DNA of 64,000 nt from Podarcis muralis (GCF_964188315.1 NC_135658.1:55552001-55616000), one strand, 5' to 3'; positions 37,023 to 50,660 are shown, counted from the first letter of the stretch. Notes: a model not told the origin generated them from the letters alone. A program made the numbers and translations.

Positions 37023-37123
37023 CTCTTTTAAAAAAACAACTGAAGTTTTCTCTGCCTCGTGCTTTTGAAGAGCTGTTGCTTCTAGATTCACATCTACTTG
37101 TACCGACTTGGAGACATTGACAG
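37023..37123 (-). CDS. LCA5L: LCA5L exon (AVNVSKSVQVDVNLEATALQKHEAEKTSVVFLKE)
   Basis: 101 nt, strong pyrimidine tract + TAG, GTATGG donor; KSVQxD motif; restores phase 1 to 0. Confidence 0.85.
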
Positions 37124-37872
37124 CTATGAAAAGACAAGAGGAAGTAAATATTGAGACGTATCCCCTCTGCACTCCTGAAAATATGAAATGCTTATATGTC
37201 TGGAATTGGTGGTGGGCTAAATATGGGACAATAAACTGAAATTCAATCCTGAGACAAAAGTTCTATGGGCAGATGCTTCATCAATTCAGGGAGACGGCAT
37301 TCAGCCTTTTCTTGATGGATTACCTTTCCCTTAAAAGTTGAGTTAGTGGATGCCTACACAGCCTCTATGGAATGAAGCACCTTTCATCAGTTGAGGTTGA
37401 TGTGCCGACTGTGTAGTGAGAGCCTGGCCATGGTAATCTGTGTTCTGGTAACATCCAGGATCAGGTACTATAACATGTTATAGATATGACTGCCTGGAAG
37501 CTACAATGCTAAATGATGCCACTAGCCTACCAACCTAGCCAACCACCCAACTGGATGTTTGGGTCATTGCAATGGTGCTTCAGGAATTGGAATTGCTTGG
37601 ACTGTCTCCACCAACTGGCAGTGGCTCTTCAGGATTTTAGACAATGCATTCTCAGTACTACTTGGATATGTTGGAGATTCTGCATGCAAAGTAGTTCCTC
37701 TTCCATAAAGCTGGAGTCCCTCCTTCCCACTTTTTAAGGACTCATTTGGTGTGGCATACGTTAAGCAGTCCAAGTTGTTTGAAAAAGCTAGAGTAAGGTG
37801 TTACTTTTGTTTCGTGGCTTACTGAGAAACCTGCCTTTGAGCTGCGCACACAAGCAAAGCTAGTTTCATCTT

Positions 37873-38019
37873 CAGTGGCGTAGCGTGGGGGGTGCAGGGG
37901 GGGCCAGCCGCACCGGGCGCAACATCTGGGGGTTAGGGTTAGGGGGCGCAAATCCACGGGTTAGGGGGTGCAAATTACTTGCCTTGCCCCGGGTGCTGAC
38001 AACCCACGCTACGCCACTG
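37873..38019. mobile_element. hAT-type MITE, 147 bp, containing TTAGGG units
   Basis: Perfect 17-bp TIR CAGTGGCGTAGCGTGGG; 8-bp TSD TTCATCTT / TTCATCTC. Confidence 0.85.
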
Positions 38020-38654
38020 TTCATCTCAGATGTCCTCAGAGAGGTTGGTACTTCAAGGTCCTCTGCCTTAGTCCAGTACTGGACATACAAGATGAGACGA
38101 ATTTGCCAGTGGGTGGTCTTCGCTATCTGGCCCCCCTTTTTCTTCTTTACATAATTAAGCAAAAAGCAGGTCAGCAGCTGAGCTGAGCTGCCACCTTGCT
38201 GCTGCCCCACAAACTGAAACCTCAAATGCCATTTCCCTGGCTGGGAAATAGCTTCTGCTACATAGAGGTAGCCATTTCTTTTTCTGGTGTCCATTGAAAG
38301 GGAACAGAAATGACATTGTTCCCCCACGGTTGGGATTTAAGTTCATATGGTGGAACAGCGGCCTTTGGCTTAATTAAGTACAAAAAGGAAGAATGAAAAG
38401 ACCACCCACTTGCCATTTTATCTCACAGGGAATCACACCAATTTATTTTTTATTTAGTTGAACTAACAAAGGCTAATTAATTATGTGTCAATTGATGAGT
38501 TGAATTAATTGAAGAAATGGTGTGGGTGATCAGGAGTGGGGATGCCCATTAGCATAAGAGTTTATTCGAAGTGACTTGAATGGGAAATCATTTGGTTTGC
38601 CTTCTGAAAAATGTAAATTATAATAGTTTACATACAATAATTGTTTACATATAA

Positions 38655-38808
38655 TAGTTTTTAGAAGGCATCTGAAGGCAGCACTGTTTAGGGAAGCTTT
38701 TAATGTTTGACTGACTACTGTATTTTAATATTTTGTAGGAAGCAGCCCAGAGTGGCTGGGGAAACCCAGCCAGATGGGTGGGGTATAAATAATAAATTAT
38801 TATTATTA
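38655..38808 (+). mobile_element. L2 LINE 3' end
   Basis: Nearly identical to 45130-45280 (GCCCAGAGTGGCTGGGGAAACCCAGCCAGATGGG..GGGTATAAATAAT) with (TAT)n tail. Confidence 0.8.
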
Positions 38809-39076
38809 TGGTTTTTAAATTTGCACCTATGAATATAAATTCACACATACAAATGTGCACCTTTTTTCTCTTTTGTGTTTGGTGGAGCAATGCATAAGTG
38901 GGCACCATAACTGGACTTACTCCCCCCAAAATGTGCAGGAGATTGCTGTCTTTCTTTACAATGATAGACATGTTTACTGATAGACATGTCTACTATCTTC
39001 AATGAGTGTTACTCTCAGGTAAATATGTATATAGGATTGCAACTATAAATAAAGAAACGTATGTGTGCGCACAAGT

Positions 39077-39080
39077 GTAT

Positions 39081-39113
<33 letters not shown>

Positions 39114-39122
39114 AACACACAC
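39077..39122. repeat. (CA)n microsatellite; others at about 1437 (TG)n, 31547 (TATTG)n, 53900 (CTT)n
   Basis: Read directly. Confidence 0.9.
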
Positions 39123-39277
39123 AGCTATAGATAAAAATATATACACATACACCCCCTAGATACATATTGTGCAGTAGAGCTTTAACTGGTCAACAGGAGG
39201 GGCTATAATGTTAACCCTACCCAATGTGAGGGGAGAGTTCCATGAGGGCTGCAGTCAATATGCAGGCTGCTTTTCTG

Positions 39278-39630
39278 AAAAAGGTAAAGGGACCCCTGAC
39301 CATTAGGTCCGGTCGTGGCCAACTCTGGGGTTGCGGCACTCATCTCGCTTTATTGGCCGAGGGAACCAGCGTACAGCTTCCAGGTCATGTGGCCAGCATG
39401 ACTAAGCTGCTTCTGGCAAACCAGAGCAGCACACGGAACTGCCGTTTACCTTCCCACCGGAGTGGTACCTATTTATCTACTTGCACTTTGATGTGCTTTT
39501 GAACTGCTAGGTTGGCAGGAGCAGGGACCAAGCAATGGGAGCTCACCCCGTCGCGGGGATTCGAACCACCGACTTTCTGATCGACAAGCCCTAGGCTCTG
39601 TGGTTTAACCCACAGCGCCACCTGCGTCCC
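39278..39630 (-). mobile_element. Full-length Sauria SINE
   Basis: Complete head with B box, ACCTTT tail, TSD TGCTTTTCTG / TGCTTTACTG. Confidence 0.92.
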
Positions 39631-40651
39631 TGCTTTACTGTACCATCTCTCTATTTCTAACTGTAAACCAAGCTGTTGGATCTCGCTTGTTGTGTTATAA
39701 TTAAACACTTGATGCTGCATTTGGGTATTTCATCAGCCCTACAAAAATTATAGAGCGCAGGAAAATGCAATGACATATCTTGCAAATATGTACTATTATT
39801 AATACCTGCAACTGGACAAAACTTGAAATGATATTATAGGCACTCTTATTTTGCTGGTGTGATATCAAATGCAAGCTTACCCAAGACACTTAATCAGGAC
39901 AGTAGAAACTGCAGACTGAGGACTAGGGGGAGCTATGTACCTAAATGTGTATTAGGGTGGATTGGCTTTTCTTATGGAATGACAATGATACAAAGTTTTA
40001 AATCTTGCACAGTAATCTAGCTAATTTACTTCTGATTACCCCCAGCCCAATCATTATTAAAGCCATAAAGTTATGAAAAAACTGTAAAATAATGTTGATT
40101 TTTTAAAATACAAAACTGTTGCTGATATTCAGAATTTGTTGCTGAAACCTCAGTTCAGTAAGTTGCTGATGGCAGAGCAATTTCTAACCCTGGCTGGACA
40201 ACAGCAGTCTGTGCAACATAGATACTACTGCTCGTACCAGCCAGGATAGAAAGTGGGGAGCAGGGGAGAGAAAAACCTCCATCACACTACACCAGCCTGG
40301 GACTGGCATAGTGAGTGGGTCTAGATTGGCCCAGTACCATCATGTGCTGGCAGTGGAGCTGACTCAGAATCTGGTGGATCCCAAGGCAGCTCAGCCCCTT
40401 CTACTCACCGGAACACCACCCTTTGGGGCTTTCTGTTTGAATTTCACCAGTGATACCACCCACTCTTTTAGTGAGCAGTACAGCAAAGCGCTGAGCCAGA
40501 GGCATCAGTGGATCTCTTTTAGGCTGGTCAGGGGGAGGGAGACATTGCAGTCATTAAAAATAATAATAAATACTGCAGAGTTTTCTAATACAGTTTAGGC
40601 ACATGAAAGTGACATTCCACATTAAAAATGAGCAGAAAAACATTATGCTAC

Positions 40652-40745
40652 CTTTGGGGGGAGACTCTGAACCACCTTTGTCCTGTTGGCCTTTAAGCAT
40701 CCGATTTGCATAAATATTTCTCACACCAAGTTCTCGTTCTTTTTC
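40652..40745 (-). CDS. LCA5L: LCA5L exon (EKERELGVRNIYANRMLKGQQDKGGSESPPK)
   Basis: 94 nt, translated by hand; EKxREL..NIY motif. Confidence 0.92.
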
Positions 40746-41925
40746 CTATAAAAACACAGCAGTAAGCTAAAAAAATGCAATACGATTTATTATATGGACC
40801 TCAACTATCTATGAAGCCTAATTAGCTGAATTCACTAAGCATCTTCCATAAAGCACCATCTTATTTTATTCTCCGTAAAAAGCATCTTTGCTTAGTCATA
40901 ATTTCAACAGGCCAAATATTCTATCGCTTGTTACTTGAAAGAAGGATGGAGCTTGTTTGGCTGAGATTGCCCCTGAGAATTCTATCCGGCATGTCCTTTT
41001 AGAATTGGGGGTGGGGAATCTTTTTCATCCAAAGGCCATATTCTCTTTTGGACAACCTTCTGGGGGCCACATACCAATGGTGGGCGGGATCAGAGGCAAA
41101 AGCAGATAGAACAACAAATAGGAATTTAACATTTGTGCAGGAGGCTTTCTTCACACTCACAGGACACATTCCAGCCAGGCAAAAACACACAGGAAGGGTA
41201 CAAAGCAGAGCTAGCTGGTGAGTGGGGAGCATGTGTGACCCGGGGAGACTCCTGAGGACCAGAAAGGTTCCCTATCCCTGTTATGCGTTTGCTGAGGGAC
41301 TCTATGGCACCACAGCCATGACATACCTGACAATGTGGTATTGAAAGCACTAATTCTTTGCACTACAAGTTGAACTGCAAGTTCAGCCTTTACTAAAAGG
41401 GTAACTTCTAAAGCAAAAATCAAAGCTGGTGAGTATTTAGCTCTACCTTTGCTTCATATCTGACATTTGACATTATTTACTTGTAAATGTGCGATAGCTT
41501 TTTTTTTACAAATGGACCACTGCAGCTTTATGTAGTCGCATCCATTCAGTGGAGCACCCTCCCAAGGGAGATTTGACAAACCTGCTCCAAAGAAAGTTTC
41601 AGGCAGATGGTTAAAACTCACCAATTTGACAAGGATTTTAAAATCCCTGCAAATGTCTTATCTTGTCTAGCTGCTATCTTAGTTTCAATTTGTGAACTGG
41701 TTTTCTTGTTAATTGTATTGCCTTTTATAATGATTATAGTATTTTAAGCTACTTTTTGAGGACATGTGACCCAAAAGCGGCCATGAATCTAATTATAAAC
41801 AAACAAAATCTCACTATATTTTATCGTTCACAGCTTATAATGTCTGATACTTGAAACACAAGAAACCAGATAACCAATCTGTTATCTCATTCAGTGTTGA
41901 ATAGCCACACTTAGGAATACTTTTA

Positions 41926-42192
<267 letters not shown>

Positions 42193-42513
42193 CTAAAGAT
42201 ATTACAAACGCATGACCATGTACTTTATCTCCTGCCTACTGAGAATTATACAATATTAAATGTAACAGGACTGAAGTACTACAACAGACACTGCAAATTT
42301 TAATAAACTTCTTTGGAAAGATGAAAATCCCCATTCTTATTAATAATATCAGTGGTTTATACTACTCTTAAAAAATAATTTGATTTTTTTAAATAATGAG
42401 AACAAGTATGCTTATGGCAAACAAGTGTGGTAGGAAATTGTATCCATAATCAGAAATAGTGTACTAGAAGGAGAATCTTCCATTCCCATAGCAGTTAGTT
42501 AGTAGTGAAAATA

Positions 42514-43390
42514 CTGTATTTACTTGAATGTAATGCACACATTTTTGGCCAAATTATGCTGCAAAAATTAGGGCACACATTAGATTTGATGGCACCAGCA
42601 AGTACCCTTTTGGTTTGGAGGTTCTGAAAATTGAGGTGCACATTAGATATGATGGCGCATTAGAGCCACATAAATACAGTGGGTCAGTGAAAAATACATG
42701 GTGAGGCTAAGTCAGTTTTACCAGCCTCTTCAGCCATTTCTACTCCTTTAGTGGGTTTCTTCTTCCATACTCCAAAGCAGAAATTAGGGAGGGCCCAAAC
42801 ATACATAAAGTGTGGACTGACCCATATACTTGAAACTTCAGTTTGGCAGATACAGAGCTGTGCAGTTGCTTTTAGTAGTACTTTTTAATGATGGACTACT
42901 CTAAGGTGTGGGATGACTTGATGGGTCCTGCTCTGTTTCTTTTCCCATCTCAAAGATGCAGGGCAGGGCTGCCTTAGTGGCTTTAGGCAAATCACTATTA
43001 ATCCAAGTCTAAACACATTTACTCAGATGGAGCATTAATTTCAATGGACCTTATTTCTAAATAACTATACCCAGGCCTTGTGAGGCTACTATCCTATACC
43101 AGAAGACATGTATAGAACCATCCTGTTAATCTCAATTCCTTGTCTGTAATTGGGGTAATAGTGACCAATCCCATGTAAAAAAACTATTGATTCCCATTCA
43201 CAAGGCTCTAAACCAAAAACAAACACTACAACTCTAGACTGCAATTTAAAATGAAACAAAGTCTGAAAGTACTAAGGTTTAATACTACTGTATTTATGCG
43301 AATCTAATGCACCATCAAATCTAATGCACACCCTAATTTTCACAACGTAGTTTGGCCAAAATGGTGCACATTGCATTTGAGTAAATACGT
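42514..43390. mobile_element. Two related old Tc1/mariner-type MITEs in inverted orientation (42514-42679 and 43288-43390)
   Basis: TA-CTGTATTTA termini; shared CACCATCAAATCTAATG..CCCTAATTTT..TTTGGCCAAAA core on opposite strands. Confidence 0.75.
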
Positions 43391-43673
43391 TAATAATAGC
43401 TTTGAAATAAGCTGTTCTGGTTCCTACGCTCCAAGTGTGTAGTTATGCACATGGAGTTCCTGCCTGAGCAGGTGTCCTGTGTGCGTTATGGTGATCTGTG
43501 TACAGAGCTGTCCCCATCCCTAAGGTAAATAGGAAAACCTCAGCACACTCAGGAACTCCTGCACATCTGAACAATAGCTTGGCCAGGACTGTTAATTAGA
43601 AATCTAGCAGCACTCTGATATTTCTTGCTGTAATTCTAGTCACACTGCACATTAATATACTGCACATTAGTAC

Positions 43674-44179
43674 CTGAATTCTCTTATCACCAGTTTCCAT
43701 TCTTTGTGTGAGGGTGTTTAACCTGCGTCTAAGTTCTCCTCTTTCTGCGAGATTCTTGTCTTCTGAAAGTTTCTGCAATGCCAGTAAGGTATCTTTTGTC
43801 TTTAGTAGTTGTGCCTCAACTTCTCTAAGTTTCTTGGATGCACTGCGCTCCTGCTCTTGAGATTTCCTAAGAAGTACCCTGAGAGTCCTCACTTCACCAC
43901 ACTGTTTTGCTAGAAGATCAGGCAGATTAGTCTCTGCATTTTCGTATTTACTTATTGCTTTCAAATGTCGATATTGAAGCCGCTTCAAAATCTGATTTTC
44001 CATGTTAGATGCCTCCAGTTTTTTCTTCAGAACAGACACTTCATTTTTCAGCTCTTTAACTTTGTGAAGCCTGGCTGACAATAAGCGGCAAGCTACATTG
44101 TTCTTCTGGGAAGTGATTATAGTGCTAGTATTGAAAAAGCTCTTTTGCCGCTGTTTCTTCTTAGGAAGTGTTTTACCCC
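43674..44179 (-). CDS. LCA5L: LCA5L exon with lebercilin coiled-coil domain (RLLSARLHKVKELKNE...LSEDKNLAERGEL...DKRIQ)
   Basis: 506 nt, TAG / GTACTA; strong match to lebercilin-like motifs. Confidence 0.96.
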
Positions 44180-44754
44180 CTACATTAAGAACAAAACAAG
44201 CTAAAATGGTATAAGACTAGAGAGAGTAAGAGAATGCAAATCCATATAACAGAGATGGGGGACCTGTGATCCTCCAAATATTACTGGATTACAACTTGCA
44301 TCATCCCTGACCATTGGCCATGATGACTGTGGCTGATGGGGCTTGAGTCCAAGAACACAGAGAGGTTTTCTGTTGTTTCTGTATAAGTTGCTTACTATAA
44401 GTTAAATGCATCCTCAGGAAGTGATAGAATGTGCAAAAGACTTTATTGTTCAAACATGTTGAGCTTATATAGTCATTGCATCATAAAATTCACTGCAATT
44501 CCCCCAAAGATTGTATAACTGATACAATCAGAGTGTCAACCCATATGCGTGATCACACTTGATGTCTCCTTAAATAACTAAAAGATTAGGCATGTGTGAA
44601 TGTGTGTGGCCATGTTCAAACACCATACTAAAGATGGATCAGCATACTTTGAATGAGGCATAATGTTGCCTCAGACTCACATATCCTCCTCCTCCTCCCA
44701 TAGAATGTGAGGAGTTCAGCAGCTCTCAGTTCTTTTAGTTAACCAAAACTTGTT

Positions 44755-45290
44755 ATGTTGCTACGTGGGGCTACCTTTGAAGGTGACTCGGAAACTGCAA
44801 TTAATCCAGAATGCGGCAGCTAGACTGGTGACTGCTGCTGAGACCATATAACACCGGTTCTGAAAGATCTTCATTTCCGAGCACAATTCAAAGTGTTGGT
44901 GCTGACCTTTAAAGCCCTAAACGACCTCAGTCCTGTATACCTGAAGGAGTGTCTCCACCTTCATCCTCCAGCCCGGACACTGAGGTCCAGCGTTGAGGGC
45001 CTTCTGGTGGTTCCCTCGCTGCGAGAAGTGACGTTACAGGGAACCAGGCAGAGGGCCTTCTTGGTAGTGGCACCTGCTCTGTGGAACGTCCTCCAGCAGA
45101 TGCCAAGGCAATAAACAACTATTTTACTTTTAAAAGACAACTGAAGGTGGCCCTGTTTAGGGAAGTTTTTAATGTCTGATGCTGTATTGTTTTTAATATT
45201 TGGTTGGAAGCCGCCCAGAGTGGCTGGGGAAACCCAGCCAGATGGGCGGGGTATAAATAATAATAATTATTATTATTATTAATAATAATA
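44755..45290 (+). mobile_element. L2 LINE 3' fragment
   Basis: YVGLPLKVTRKLQLIQNAAARLVT and RAQFKVLVLTFKALN..PVYLKE peptides, squamate L2 3'UTR and (TAA/TAT)n tail. Confidence 0.9.
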
Positions 45291-47009
45291 ATTAGCATTA
45301 ACTATGGTTAATTCAAACAAACTAGCTGCAGAAACCATGGTTGGCTTGTTTTAAACTAACCATAGTTAATGTTAGCAACACAAGGAACTGTGGTTAACTA
45401 CAGTTTCCAGACACAAATGTAGACATGAAAGATTCTGAACTCTACTGTGCAGCTGTGCAGGAAGTGGGGAAGGAAGGATCACAAGTCTGAGGCTTGCGGG
45501 GACCCATTCATATTATGCACATTAAAAGAAAAGTATTTATCTGGGATGGCTATAAACTTCTAAACATTACAAAAGACCATAGCTAAAATACAACAATCCA
45601 TTAAAAAATAAAAAAATAAAAACAGATATAACAGTTCTCCAAAAAAAAGTAATCTGATATTGCCTGTAAGTCATCATTCTGTGACAGACTGTAAAAAGAA
45701 ATAAGTTTTTAGCTTCCAACGAAACATGCCTAACTTCAATGGGCAGTGTGTTCTACAAGCAGGTATTTGAAGAAAGGGTATTGTGCATTTGTTAGCATGT
45801 GCAAAATGGCAGCATTAAAATGCATAATACCTGTAAATTCCCCACAGAATACTGGAATGCTTTTACCTGACTCCATTTCATACAGGTGACATCAATGTTC
45901 AACAGGAGAAAAAAATCTGGGAATACTAGTCCAAGACAAATTATGCATCTGTGGAGCAGCAGCAGTCCTGGAGGGTTTGCCTCTATATATTCCTGAATGG
46001 CATCTTGTTTTATTTATTTATTTTTTTAAAAAAATATTTATTTATTTAAAATATTTATATACCGCTTAACTACAACTTAACTTGAAGCGGTCTTTTTAAA
46101 GATACAGAAAGTTAAAAAAAATGGAAACCAATTAAAACTATAGAAGCATACTTCGTCCAAAATACCTGCTGGAATAATAGCAATCTTGAAATGCTATATT
46201 AAAAAGAACAGCAGCTGTCTCTAAGCAGCTACTGCTAAACAGGCTTGCAAAACACAGTAACTGAACAAGGCCTCGAAGTTGGCAGTTACACTCCGACGTG
46301 AGAGGTCACAGAAATGTTTTCAAAAGCACACAAAGGGATGCACAGAGCAGTTCTCCACATTCTTAAATCAGATAAAACGAAAAAGTGAGTAGCAGTGGGG
46401 CAGGCGGGGGGGGGGGGGACTGCACTGCTCACCTGGTTTCCCAACAGCAGCCACGCTGCTGGTTATTGAGAGGGGCAGAGGCGAGGCAGAGAGGCGAGGG
46501 AGCATCAGACTGGCTCCACCTGCGCTGCTGCACTGAACCACCTTCCCACCTCCCACTTTTGGTACCCAGAAGTGAAACTGGCGTTGGGAAGCTGCTCCAT
46601 CCCACTCTGCCCCGCCAAACACTACTGTCTAGAGCCCTTACTAAGGAATATGAAGCCCTGGAAAGCAAAAGAAAAGCAAAACAAACTTTCTGTTCCAAGG
46701 AACTAATCAGTAAGTTAACCTCGTTTGAGGTAAGGGTCTCTAAACTCAGATAAAAAGAGATTTGGGTTCTGAATTCTGAGGGAATACATCCATACAAGTA
46801 TTCCCTCTATTTTAATTTCATTTTTAAACTTTTTCTTTTCATTTTTTAGTTGTCTTAGTGAAGATCCAATACAAAATTCAGTTTTAGATTTTTGGGGTTT
46901 TTTTACTTGGAATTGTAAACATATTCTACTTCTATGTGGAAATTGTTATTTTTCTCTTTTTTCTAGCCTGCAGACCACTTCAACACGTTCTGTTCATATT
47001 ATTCTATGC

Positions 47010-47243
47010 CAGGGGTCAGCAAACTTTTTCAGCAGGGGGCTGGTCCACTGTCCCTCAGACCTTATGTATTTGGGGGGGGGGGGAATGAACGAATTCATGT
47101 GCTCCACAAATAACCCAGAGATGCATTTTAAATAAAAGTATACATTCTACGCATGTAAAAACATGCTGCGGACCATCCGCGGGCCAGATTTAGAAGGCGA
47201 TTGGGCTGGATCTGGCCCCCAGGCTTTAGTTTGTCTACCCATG
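47010..47243. mobile_element. hAT MITE, 234 bp
   Basis: Ends CAGGGGTCAGCAAACT / AGTTTGTCTACCCATG; perfect 8-bp TSD TTCTATGC. Confidence 0.92.
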
Positions 47244-47487
47244 TTCTATGCTTTAGCTCCCTATGATGTTCAAACACTGTTTTTGTGTAACTCCTTCTTT
47301 CAAAGAGTTACAGGTTCTACAGATTTTCAAAACAGCGTTTCTTAATTAATGGGCATCATGCTCATTCGACAGTAGATAGTGTAAGCTGCATGGAATTCAG
47401 CTCCTTTAGAGTAAAGCACAGATTCAGAAAAGTTAAAGCAATGTGCATGTCCATAAATGAAGCTTTATTTAGGTCTATGCAACCTAC

Positions 47488-47592
47488 TTTGACCAAACTG
47501 CGGGAGGTAGTGGAGGACAGAGGTGCCTGGCGTGCTCTGGTCCATGGGGTCACGAAGAGTCGGACACGACTAAACGACTAAACAGCAACAAC
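47488..47592 (+). mobile_element. 5'-truncated BovB 3' tail, 105 bp
   Basis: Matches 29018-29113; perfect 11-bp TSD ATGCAACCTAC. Confidence 0.92.
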
Positions 47593-49054
47593 ATGCAACC
47601 TACATTCCTATATATACCCATATGTACAAGAACAGAAAGTCAGTGTTGGCTCCAGGTTTGATGGCTTGTTTCTAGGTTCTCCTGACATGATTAGCTGGCA
47701 TTCATCAGAGAGTTTGTCGGATTCCCGGGGGGCGGGACTGGGTAGGGGAATTTTAATATCTCACAATACATCGCCACACTGGGAAATTAAAATGGTGGCT
47801 TCTATACTCCTAATTAGGGTTGCCATTTTAATTTCCCACGGTGCCCCAGAGCAATACTATGTTGGGGGCATTATGGCAGATTCAAATAGCAGGTCCCAGA
47901 CCCCCAAGTGGGGGGCGCCCAGTAGTCAACAGCAGGCCCAGAGCAGGTTTCAGTGGTGCACCCTGTTCTAAAAGGTGCCTGAGGATGCCATGTGTTGATG
48001 CTGGGTCTGGGGAGAACTCTGGTCATAGCATGCAAAGCACACTGTGATTGTGGTAGGGAAACAATGAGCAAGGACAGTGACATGTTGGGGTGGAAAATAG
48101 AATGGATGAATACAGGGGAAGTTTGCCTAGACAAAGATAGAAGGAAAAGGGCATGATTATCATTACATTGCAGGGTGATGGGGAAGGAAGGAAGGTGGGC
48201 TAGAGATGCATTAGTATGCCTTCATAGCAAATAAAAAACATATTGCTTCTCTCTTTTGCTTGAAAACATTGCATGATTGAAAGAAGCAGGTGTGAAATCA
48301 ATAAAGTTACCGGGACTATGCTCATTTATTGCCTGCCAACAGTTCAGAGCTTTGCTTTCAAGGGAGAAGAAACCATAGCAATTTCCCTCAAGTAATTCAA
48401 TTAGTTTCATTTGGGATTTAACATTCTTTGGAGCAGATGCTGGAAGAGGGAGTGTTGCAAAATATATTTGGGGCATATCTCTTAATTTTACACACACGTT
48501 TTTCAAGATAACAGGTAGTTCTAAAATAATGTGGTGGATTATAGATTCTACTATGCCACTGCCATAATTTGTTTTCATTCATAATGCTTTCAATTCTTTT
48601 TTGTCTCTTTTGCACACATGAAAACTACAAAGCTTGAAGGTAATGCTGAAGGTTAACTTTGCCTCAGAACTTCGCCCACAGACTGCCATACCGAAATACT
48701 AGTGCTGGGATGGAGAGCTGTCATACAGACCCCGGAGGGCTGCCCACAAAGCTATGGGAACGTCTAGCGAAACATAACATACAAGCAGGCACTAGCTGAC
48801 TTCAACTCTCCTTTCCATCTGGTTTTGCCCTGCCTTTCTTTCCTCTGCCCCCTACTCTCCCTCTTTTTAATGCTTCTTCCTACAGAAAAGTGGTTTCCCA
48901 AAAATATAGCATTTGAAGCAGGGGCACTTCAGCAATAAAAATGGAGAAGCACAACTGCCAGTTCTCCAGCAAAGCCTTGGTCTTCATTAGTTCTGTCATA
49001 ATCTGTCAACAGTAAGCTAATATTAGTAGTGATCAGTGTGGTCCACCACCTTAC

Positions 49055-49478
49055 CTTTGGCTTGGTGATCATTTTCCTTTGTTTTCATTGATAATTCCTC
49101 CTCTTTGGTTTCTGGCTGTTCTAAAATACTGCTGTATCCACTGCCATTGCTGCAAGGGGTTTCTGAAGAGTATGTGTGAAAATCTTCATAATAGTAGACC
49201 TGAGAATTTCTGCAGCTGTCCTGCGCTGAATAACTGCTGCTACTGCTGCTAGCCCTTCTTGAAACATCCTGGTTGAAGTCATTGGAATAGTCAAGCTGAA
49301 AAGTTCCACACTGACTGGAACACTTACTACAGTGGCTAACTTTAGTGCTGCATTTGCTTTGGGTGCTCTTGCAGACCCTACTAGGAGAATCACTTGGACT
49401 TCTACTTTTTGTAACTTGTTCACATTTATTGTCTTCTTGAACTACAAAATGGAGAATGTAGTCATCTGAAGCCATCAT
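49055..49478 (-). CDS. LCA5L: LCA5L first coding exon (MMASDDYILH...ENDHQAK); exon begins at 49500
   Basis: Acceptor ttgatag| at 49501, donor G|GTAAGG; Ser/Cys-rich N-terminus; phase 1 fits next exon; start codon inferred. Confidence 0.8.
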
Positions 49479-50590
49479 TCCATTGTTAGAGATCCACAGC
49501 CTATCAAAGTCAAGAGGATTGTCAATTACAGTATACTGAAAACCACAAAAAGAACATGGTGCTTATGTCAGAAATTGAAATTATGCTGTATTGTCACTGC
49601 TTACTCAGGGCCTCATCCTTTTTTCTTTGGAAGTAGTTCGCTCTAATTCTGCACCAATAAATCTTCACAGTTTCTGTCACCTTTATTATAAAATTTACTT
49701 TCCAAAGATGTGATGTGCTGGCCCTATAGACTATATTCGTAGCACTGTCATCCACGAACTGCAATTCCTCATGAACATTCCTTGAGTTCTGAGTTCACTC
49801 AAGGAACTAAAAAGGCTAAAACAAAAGGAACAGTATTGACATTTTTATATATTGCAATGCAAAGGATTTAAACTTGCATGGGAAAATTTTGCGTCGGCCC
49901 AAACTGCCTCCAGACAAATGTATGCAGCCACAGCATTAGTCTTGGCAATTAAACTGAGAAAGGGGAACAGCAAGTCACCCTTTGCTACTGCAGAAGCCCA
50001 CAAAGAACCAAAGGCCCCTAACTGCATGACCTACCTTTCACTTACATGTTTAAAAACATGTTTAACTTGCTGAGTCCTCTACTACACAGCTTTTATATAA
50101 ATGAAGCTGAATTCAGAGATTCAGAGAAAGGCAAGGACAAAGCAAGTGCTGGGAGGAAGTATTGAGAAACGACATGGGATAATAGTGGTGGGAGAAGGAG
50201 AGAAAAAAAACTTCTGAAAAGTTTCAAAAATTAAATAAAAGAGGAAATGTTGGGGGAAAGTATCACTGCCCCACGGGATCAGTGAGCCCTGGAGCTAGCT
50301 AGGTATAGGGCTGCAATCTCACTGCGGGCGGCTTCCCCCTTTCCTGGTTGGTGGGGCTGGAGGAGTCGCGGGGGATAAACGACAGAAGCAATTCCGGCAA
50401 GTTCAAGAGGAAGGAGAAGGGAAGATCTGCTGCCCCCCGAAGGAGCGCGCCTCCTACAGTCCCTTTATGATCCCCCAGAGCCAGGACCAAGAGCAACTCT
50501 TACTCCCTGTGCAGCTCAGGGCTTAGGCTTCTTCCCTTCTCCCGCGCGCAGACAGAAGCTTCCACCCGGCCGCTCCTCTGTCCGCGTTAC

Positions 50591-50660
50591 CTGGTTCCTT
50601 GGGCTACATGGGCGGAAGGAGTTGTTTTCAGGTCTCCGTTACTGTGGCAACCGCAGAACT
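50591..50660 (-). other. LCA5L: Probable non-coding first exon of LCA5L (5' boundary unknown)
   Basis: Donor CCAG|GTAACG at 50590 in the CpG island, next to an X-box; next acceptor at 49501. Confidence 0.55.
50638..50651. promoter_or_regulatory. RFX X-box GTTGCC-AC-AGTAAC (minus strand)
   Basis: Exact match to GTNRCC(N0-3)RGYAAC at the 5' end of a lebercilin-family ciliary gene. Confidence 0.75.

Noticed and set aside
39701-39740. Good-looking acceptor (tttttgtag|GGCTGATG) tested as the missing LCA5L exon
   Set aside because: Stops in the required phase; the exon at 37023-37123 fits phase and motif instead.
48222-48615. 118-aa and 65-aa minus-strand ORFs in an LCA5L intron
   Set aside because: Splicing from the upstream exon gives an early stop; no recognisable domain.
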